From positions 1,611,514-1,675,513 of the forward strand of contig CBDCWA010000004.1 of the NCBI GenBank assembly GCA_965223255.1: a stretch of DNA of 64,000 bases, read 5' to 3'. The number at the start of each line of letters is the position of its first letter. Within the stretch, counting starts at the first letter, position 1. Shown here one piece after another: positions 58,851 to 64,000 of this stretch. The notes under the pieces were generated by a model, which searched no databases, was not told the origin of the DNA, and saw nothing but the letters and a program-made list of their open reading frames with translations. Source of the DNA: Hyphomicrobiaceae bacterium. GTDB taxonomy: Bacteria > Pseudomonadota > Alphaproteobacteria > Rhizobiales > Hyphomicrobiaceae. A program made the position numbers and the translations under genes.

Positions 58851-58879
58851 AACTACGGTTCGCGCTGGCATATGGATTG
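58851..58879 (-). promoter_or_regulatory. tentative ECF-type promoter CAATCC-N17-GTAGTT
   Basis: Read on the minus strand, 34 nt upstream of the 58817 start. It has the same spacing and GTA element as the TGATCC promoters. Confidence 0.35.
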
Positions 58880-59028
58880 ATTATTGGCCGTCCGACGCCG
58901 CACCCGCAGCGGCGAAAAGTTACCATTGCTGCTACTGCTTAATGGATGTTGGCCTTATTCAGTGCTGACAGTATAACGAAAAGGGCATCACGAGGTGCCT
59001 CAACACATGCGTCGGGATAAAACCGCAA

Positions 59029-60042
59029 ATGCATAGATCGTTATCAGGATCAATTCAGTTGCCACTGCTTCTCATCGCTGGAGCAGTATTGTTGATATCT
59101 ACCGCGCCAGCCCACAGCTGCGGCCGTGTCACCATCGCTGAAATGAAGTGGGCCTCTGCGGAATTCGCTGCCAACGTCGATAAGATCATTCTTGAGAAAG
59201 GCTTCGGCTGCCGCGTGCGCCTGTTAGCTGGCGATACCATGCCGACCACCGCATCGATGACATCGAAAGGCCAACCTGATATCGCTCCCGAACTTTGGAT
59301 CAACGCGATCAAGGCGACAATCGAGCGCGCCGTCAAAGCCGGTCGACTGAAGATTGCCGGCAAAATCCTCTCTGAGGGCGGCATCGACGGCTGGTGGATA
59401 CCGGCTTACATGCTTGAGAAACACCCGGAACTCACGACACTATCCGCGGTCCTGAAGCGGCCGGACCTATTTCCCAACCCTGAAAACAATTCACGTGGCG
59501 CATTATACAATTGCCCATCGGGCTGGCATTGCCAGATCATCACGGAGAATTTGGCCCGTGCCTTCAAGCTCAAGGCAAAAGGCTTCGACCTGGTGGATAC
59601 CGGCTCGGCTGCCGGTCTCGATGGCAGCCTTGCCAAGGCCTACACCCGCCGCCAGGCATGGTTCGGATATTATTGGGCACCAACGCCATTGTCAGCGAAA
59701 TACAAAATGGTACGGCTAAAAATGGGCGTTGCGCATGACCCGGTGGAGTGGGACCGTTGTACCGGCCGCGCCGATTGCGCAAAACCAAAGAAGAACGCTT
59801 TTACCCGCGCAACGGTCAACACCGTTACATCAGCCGAATTCGCAAAGCGCGCACCCGAAGCCTTTGCTTATTTGGCCAAACGATCCTGGACCAACGCACT
59901 GATCACCCGCTACATCGCGTTCATGGAAAAGAACCAGGCCGCTGGCGATGAGGCGGCGGAAAAATTCCTAAAGTCTGCGCCAGACGTGTGGACCAACTGG
60001 CTCCCGGACCATATCGCCAAAAAAGTCAAAGCCGCGCTTTAG
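59029..60042 (+). CDS. proX: glycine betaine/proline-type ABC transporter substrate-binding protein
   Basis: It has a signal peptide and an OpuAC/ProX-like layout with aromatic-box residues (GWWIP, YYWAP). It sits upstream of the permease and ATPase genes. Confidence 0.7.
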   Translation: MHRSLSGSIQLPLLLIAGAVLLISTAPAHSCGRVTIAEMKWASAEFAANVDKIILEKGFGCRVRLLAGDTMPTTASMTSKGQPDIAPELWINAIKATIERAVKAGRLKIAGKILSEGGIDGWWIPAYMLEKHPELTTLSAVLKRPDLFPNPENNSRGALYNCPSGWHCQIITENLARAFKLKAKGFDLVDTGSAAGLDGSLAKAYTRRQAWFGYYWAPTPLSAKYKMVRLKMGVAHDPVEWDRCTGRADCAKPKKNAFTRATVNTVTSAEFAKRAPEAFAYLAKRSWTNALITRYIAFMEKNQAAGDEAAEKFLKSAPDVWTNWLPDHIAKKVKAAL

Positions 60043-60134
60043 TTCGAACTGGCGAGGCGCAGCGCTATTCGCCAACCCACTATCGCAAGCGCTCGCAATC
60101 AGATTCGAACCTAGCTGGTTTCACAGAGGTCTCC

Positions 60135-61043
60135 ATGAGCATATCGAGTGCACTGCCAAATTGGTTGTTTCAGTTTCCAGAGATGGACAAAGCTGCCTTA
60201 CGCGACCTCAAGCGATCGATTGACAGCGGCTATCGCGAGTTCTCACGTGACTGGGGCGCAAGCATCGAAGCCTTCTTCGACCCGCTCCTTGGCCTCCTGG
60301 TCAGCGTCGAATACCTGTTTCAGGCAATCCCCTGGTGGCTGGTGATTGCGATGCTCGCAAGCATTGCCTATTCGGCCTCGCGACGCTGGTCGCTGCCTCT
60401 CGGACTTGCCGTTGCACTCATCGCAATCGGTTATTTCGGGATGTGGCAGGCGATGATGTCTACAATGGCATTCATTACCGTTGCTACGGCGTTGTCGATC
60501 CTCATTGGATTTCCGATCGGCATTGCCATGGCACGCCACGATCGCGCACAATCCGTCATCACCCCCATCCTCGATGTCATGCAGACGATGCCAAACTTCG
60601 TCTACTTGATACCCGTCGTCATGTTGCTCGGGATCGGCAAGATCCCAGGTCTCATTGCCGTCGTCATCTATGCCATGCCGCCCATAATCCGCTTCACCAA
60701 CCTTGGCATTCGGCTCGTCGACAAAGAAGTCCTCGAAGCCGCCCACGCATTTGGCACGACCCATTGGCAGCGTCTTTTCAACATCGAGATTCCCATGGCC
60801 CTGCCAACGATCCTGGCCGGCGTCAATCAGACCATCATGATGGCTCTCGCCATGGTCGTGATCGCTGCAATGATCGGTGTTCAAGGACTTGGCCAACCGG
60901 TTTTAAAAGCCGTCACAAACCAGTATTTTGCGCTTGGCCTCTTTAATGGCTTGGCAATTGTCGCCCTGGCGATCATGTTCGACCGCATCACTCAGGCATT
61001 CGGGACCCGCGTGCACACTGATCGGACCGCTCCCCATGCCTGA
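60135..61043 (+). CDS. proW: ABC transporter permease (ProW-like)
   Basis: The start is at MSISSALPNW. It is a multi-pass protein with the EAA-type loop (EAAHAFGTTHWQRLFNIEIPMALP). Confidence 0.8.
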   Translation: MSISSALPNWLFQFPEMDKAALRDLKRSIDSGYREFSRDWGASIEAFFDPLLGLLVSVEYLFQAIPWWLVIAMLASIAYSASRRWSLPLGLAVALIAIGYFGMWQAMMSTMAFITVATALSILIGFPIGIAMARHDRAQSVITPILDVMQTMPNFVYLIPVVMLLGIGKIPGLIAVVIYAMPPIIRFTNLGIRLVDKEVLEAAHAFGTTHWQRLFNIEIPMALPTILAGVNQTIMMALAMVVIAAMIGVQGLGQPVLKAVTNQYFALGLFNGLAIVALAIMFDRITQAFGTRVHTDRTAPHA

Positions 61044-62091
61044 CCAATCCCAACCAGCAATTCGCATTCGCGACCTCTACAAAATCTTCGGCCCCTCACC
61101 GAACGACGCATTGGCGGAAGTAAAAGCTGGCTTGAGCAAGGCCGATCTATTGGCACGTGATGGCCATGTCCTGGCCTTGAAGGATATAGATCTCGATATT
61201 GGAGAGGGAACGATCACCGCCATAATGGGTCTTTCAGGCAGCGGCAAATCCACACTCTTACGCCACATCAACTTCCTGATCGCACCGACCGGTGGCACTG
61301 TCGAGGTCCTCGGCCATCAGCTCAACGAGCTGACGCCAGCGGAGATTCAGCATCTTCGACGCCATACCATTTCGATGGTCTTTCAGTCCTTTGCACTGTT
61401 TCCTCACAAGACCGTTCGCGCCAACATTGCCTTCGGTCTTAGTGTCCAAGGTCGGAGCCAGGCAGAAATCATCACCACCACCAACCATTGGATCGACCGC
61501 ATGGGCTTGGTCGGCTTTGCGGACCATTATCCGGTCACCCTCTCAGGCGGCATGCAGCAACGCGTCGGCCTAGCCCGGGCGCTTGCAACTGACGCTGAAG
61601 TTTTACTACTTGATGAACCCTTCAGTGCCCTCGACCCGCTGATCCGCCAAGATATGCAGACACTACTGCTGGATCTCCAGAACGATCTCCGAAAAACCAT
61701 TGTGGTGATCAGCCATGACCTCGACGAAGCACTGAAATTGGGCGATCGTGTTCTCATCCTTGCTGAGGGCGAAGTCGTCCAGGACGCACCGCCGGCAGCG
61801 CTCCTCCTCAACCCGGCCAATGCTTATGTCGAACGCTTCACGGCCAGGATAAATTCCGCTCGTGTTCTGACATTAGGTGACATCGTCAGCCGAAATGCAG
61901 CACAATCCGGCGACATTACGTTACCGGCCAGCCTAACCCTTGAGGCGGCGCTTGAGACCATGATCGGCGCAAATGCGGTAGCGACGCTTGTCACCGATAG
62001 CGCCAATCAGCCGCTAGGCCGCGCCGACTTACACACCATCATGGCCGCCATCCGCGGCCACCAAAATTTGCGCGCAAATCCTGACAGCTGA
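61036..62091 (+). CDS. proV: ABC transporter ATP-binding protein (ProV-like) with C-terminal CBS-like region
   Basis: It has Walker A (GLSGSGKST), the signature LSGGMQQR and Walker B (LLLDEP). The start overlaps the permease stop. Confidence 0.85.
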   Translation: MPDQSQPAIRIRDLYKIFGPSPNDALAEVKAGLSKADLLARDGHVLALKDIDLDIGEGTITAIMGLSGSGKSTLLRHINFLIAPTGGTVEVLGHQLNELTPAEIQHLRRHTISMVFQSFALFPHKTVRANIAFGLSVQGRSQAEIITTTNHWIDRMGLVGFADHYPVTLSGGMQQRVGLARALATDAEVLLLDEPFSALDPLIRQDMQTLLLDLQNDLRKTIVVISHDLDEALKLGDRVLILAEGEVVQDAPPAALLLNPANAYVERFTARINSARVLTLGDIVSRNAAQSGDITLPASLTLEAALETMIGANAVATLVTDSANQPLGRADLHTIMAAIRGHQNLRANPDS

Positions 62092-62406
62092 GTTGTACGA
62101 TGGCATGTCATGGACAGATCGATACGCATCACGTCCGATCAGGCACAGACTGTGGCCTTCGCGACACGCACCACACATGACCGGCTGACCTCACGAACAC
62201 CACAAGACATCAGACACAGGGAGCGTTCGTTGCTCACGACTATAGGACGAATTAACAATTTACTGCCTGTTTTTATTGGTTAATTTGAGATACATTGGCC
62301 ACAAACCGCGTTAGAGAACAAGGCCGGAACCCAGATCGCTCCCCCAGCCTCGCCGCCACATCGAACCGGATCGGCGAATCTGGCGGTTCATAGGCGGCAT
62401 TGTGAC

Positions 62407-62432
62407 GAGAATATTTCTAGTCACTGTTCGTT
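62407..62432 (+). promoter_or_regulatory. candidate ECF-type autoregulatory promoter GAGAAT-N16-CGTT
   Basis: Read directly from the sequence, 32 nt upstream of the ECF sigma start. Confidence 0.35.
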
Positions 62433-62463
62433 GTTCAATTAGACACGCGAGGAGACTTCAATA

Positions 62464-62973
62464 TTGGACGAGGTCCGAAAAGAACTTCTCGAGTTTTTGC
62501 CACGACTAAGACGTTTCGCTCTTGGACTTACCGGAAGTCAAGATTCGGCAGATGACCTCGTGCAAGAAACATGTCTGCGCGCGTTGTCTCGTATCGACCA
62601 GTTTGAAAAGGGGACCCGATTAGACAGTTGGCTTTATCGAATTGCACAGAATGTATGGATTGACGAACGCAAAAGTGCCCGCGCTCGTACGCCACACACC
62701 GACCTCGATACAGCAGCGGACGTTGCCGACACCTTAGGACAAAACGCAATCGAAGCGCGCATAACAATGCTGGAGGTTAGCAAGGCGATCAGCCAGTTAC
62801 CCGATGATCTCAAGGTCTTAGTACTCGTCGTGTGTGTTGATGGCAGCAGCTACCAGGAGGCAGCAGAAATATGTTCCATACCGGTCGGCACCGTGATGAG
62901 CCGTTTAGCCAGAGCGAGACGCATGCTGCACGGCGCATTGAATATGCCGCATAACGAGAAGGGCAACGGTTAA
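62464..62973 (+). CDS. ECF-subfamily RNA polymerase sigma factor
   Basis: It has region 2 (ADDLVQETCLRAL...WLYRIAQN) and region 4 (SYQEAAEICSIPVGTVMSRLARAR). The start is TTG. Confidence 0.8.
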   Translation: MDEVRKELLEFLPRLRRFALGLTGSQDSADDLVQETCLRALSRIDQFEKGTRLDSWLYRIAQNVWIDERKSARARTPHTDLDTAADVADTLGQNAIEARITMLEVSKAISQLPDDLKVLVLVVCVDGSSYQEAAEICSIPVGTVMSRLARARRMLHGALNMPHNEKGNG

Positions 62974-63086
62974 AGAATTGGGGTTGAGAAAAAGCGACAA
63001 AGAGGTGGCAACCCAAGATAAACCAAACTTGGGCGGCTGACTGATGGATTAAAAATTGCCAGGTTTTTTAGAATTTGAACCACAAT

Positions 63087-63133
63087 CTATATGACAAAAA
63101 TTTATATGACAAAAATCTATATGACAGCAAAAT
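63087..63133. repeat. three tandem 15-bp AT-rich direct repeats YTATATGACAAAAAT
   Basis: The copies are CTATATGACAAAAAT, TTATATGACAAAAAT and CTATATGACAGCAAAAT. They lie in the 290-bp gap between the sigma and anti-sigma genes. Confidence 0.85.
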
Positions 63134-63260
63134 TATTAAAGTGACAATTAGCAACGGAACATAAGCACAAAACCAAATTAAAGAACATTAACGCGTGACA
63201 AGAAAAACGGCCGACAGTGCATTTCCCGCGCATTATAGACTTTTGGAGCAAAGGTGACCC

Positions 63261-64000
63261 GTGACCAAACCCGACGGACAAACAATAATGGCCTACGCAG
63301 ACGGCGCATTGGATGCCGCGACGCAAGAAGCCGTTAAACAACAGATTGACCAGGACCCAGAGTCACAGGCACTGCTCCGGATTTATTTGGAGACCGGTCA
63401 GTCACTTTCTGAAGCATTTAAACCCATCTATGAAGCACCGCTTCCTGCCGCATGGATTGACTTGGTGAACAACCATGGCCGGGCTGTCTCCCGGCAAGCA
63501 GATGCGACGGCTGACGCATATATTTCCCAGCGTGGCAAATCTCTGTTCACACGCATGGTGGATCGGGCCAGGCACCTGGTATCCGGTAACTTTGATTTCA
63601 CCCCACAATTGGCAGCAGCAAGCGCGATGTTCATCTTTGCGGTCGGTGCAGGCTTTGGCTGGCTCGTGAGCATGAATCCAACGCCAACACCGGGCCATCC
63701 GGCAAACACGTCTATTGTCATGGGAGCGTTGGCGCAAGATAGTCCTATGGCCACCGCCTTGGCGCGCACGCCGAGCCGTAAGGCAGCATTTTGGAAAACG
63801 GCAGCGGGGACTGACGCCGCCTTCATGCCGATCATGAGTTTTCAAACTAAGGACCGCCGCCTTTGCCGCCAGTTTATATATCGCACTACAACACGTGCTG
63901 GCGTCAGCGGCCTCGCCTGCAAACACGCAACCGGCGGTTGGCGCATCGAAGTCGCAGGGAATGCCAACATCCCGATCCTCAACAAGGATAACGTGAAGAC
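63261..64000 (+). CDS. anti-sigma factor-like membrane protein (3' end runs off the window)
   Basis: This ORF is not in the supplied track because it has no stop inside the window. Hand translation gives VTKPDGQTIMAYADGALDAATQEAVKQQIDQDPESQALL..., followed by a TM segment AAASAMFIFAVGAGFGWLV. Start is GTG 63261 (GGAGCAAAGG upstream) or ATG 63288. Confidence 0.6.
   Translation, partial: MTKPDGQTIMAYADGALDAATQEAVKQQIDQDPESQALLRIYLETGQSLSEAFKPIYEAPLPAAWIDLVNNHGRAVSRQADATADAYISQRGKSLFTRMVDRARHLVSGNFDFTPQLAAASAMFIFAVGAGFGWLVSMNPTPTPGHPANTSIVMGALAQDSPMATALARTPSRKAAFWKTAAGTDAAFMPIMSFQTKDRRLCRQFIYRTTTRAGVSGLACKHATGGWRIEVAGNANIPILNKDNVK

Overview
This 64-kb window is bacterial chromosomal DNA of mid-50s % GC. 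Gene content suggests an alphaproteobacterium, but that is inference only. All calls come from reading the ORF translations and the DNA by eye, with no database searches. I found no rRNA, CRISPR array, transposase or integrase.

The standout region is about 13 kb (roughly 6.2-19.3 kb). It holds two convergent operons, and each sits behind a perfect sigma-54 promoter (TGGCAC-N5-TTGCA).

- **Forward operon.** It opens with a signal-peptide protein made almost entirely of about 80 Gly-Met-X triplets (X = Tyr, Arg, Gly or Pro). Glycine falls at every third residue, as in collagen, and about a third of all residues are methionine. Next come two proteins that share a duplicated C-terminal module I cannot assign; one of them is a class I cytochrome c. 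After those are a multihaem cytochrome c, a Tat-exported DmsA-like molybdopterin subunit, a DmsB-like 4x[4Fe-4S] subunit and a TorD/DmsD-type chaperone.
- **Reverse operon.** It encodes a polyferredoxin, an unknown protein, a histidine kinase with CxxCK/CxxCH motifs in its periplasmic loop, and an NtrC-type sigma-54 activator.
- **Working hypothesis.** The module is an envelope methionine-oxidation sink and re-reduction system, possibly respiratory. This is inference. A membrane-anchored MsrA lies just upstream.

The rest of the window contains:
- a protocatechuate 4,5-cleavage (lig) cluster with a second LigAB pair;
- flavin and 2OG oxygenases;
- a small polysaccharide cluster;
- an RpoE-ChrR type regulon with repeated promoter architecture;
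- a ProXWV-type ABC transporter;
- a second ECF sigma/anti-sigma pair;
- a tRNA locus with a 25-bp direct repeat, one chimeric pseudo-tRNA and one tRNA with an odd ACU anticodon.
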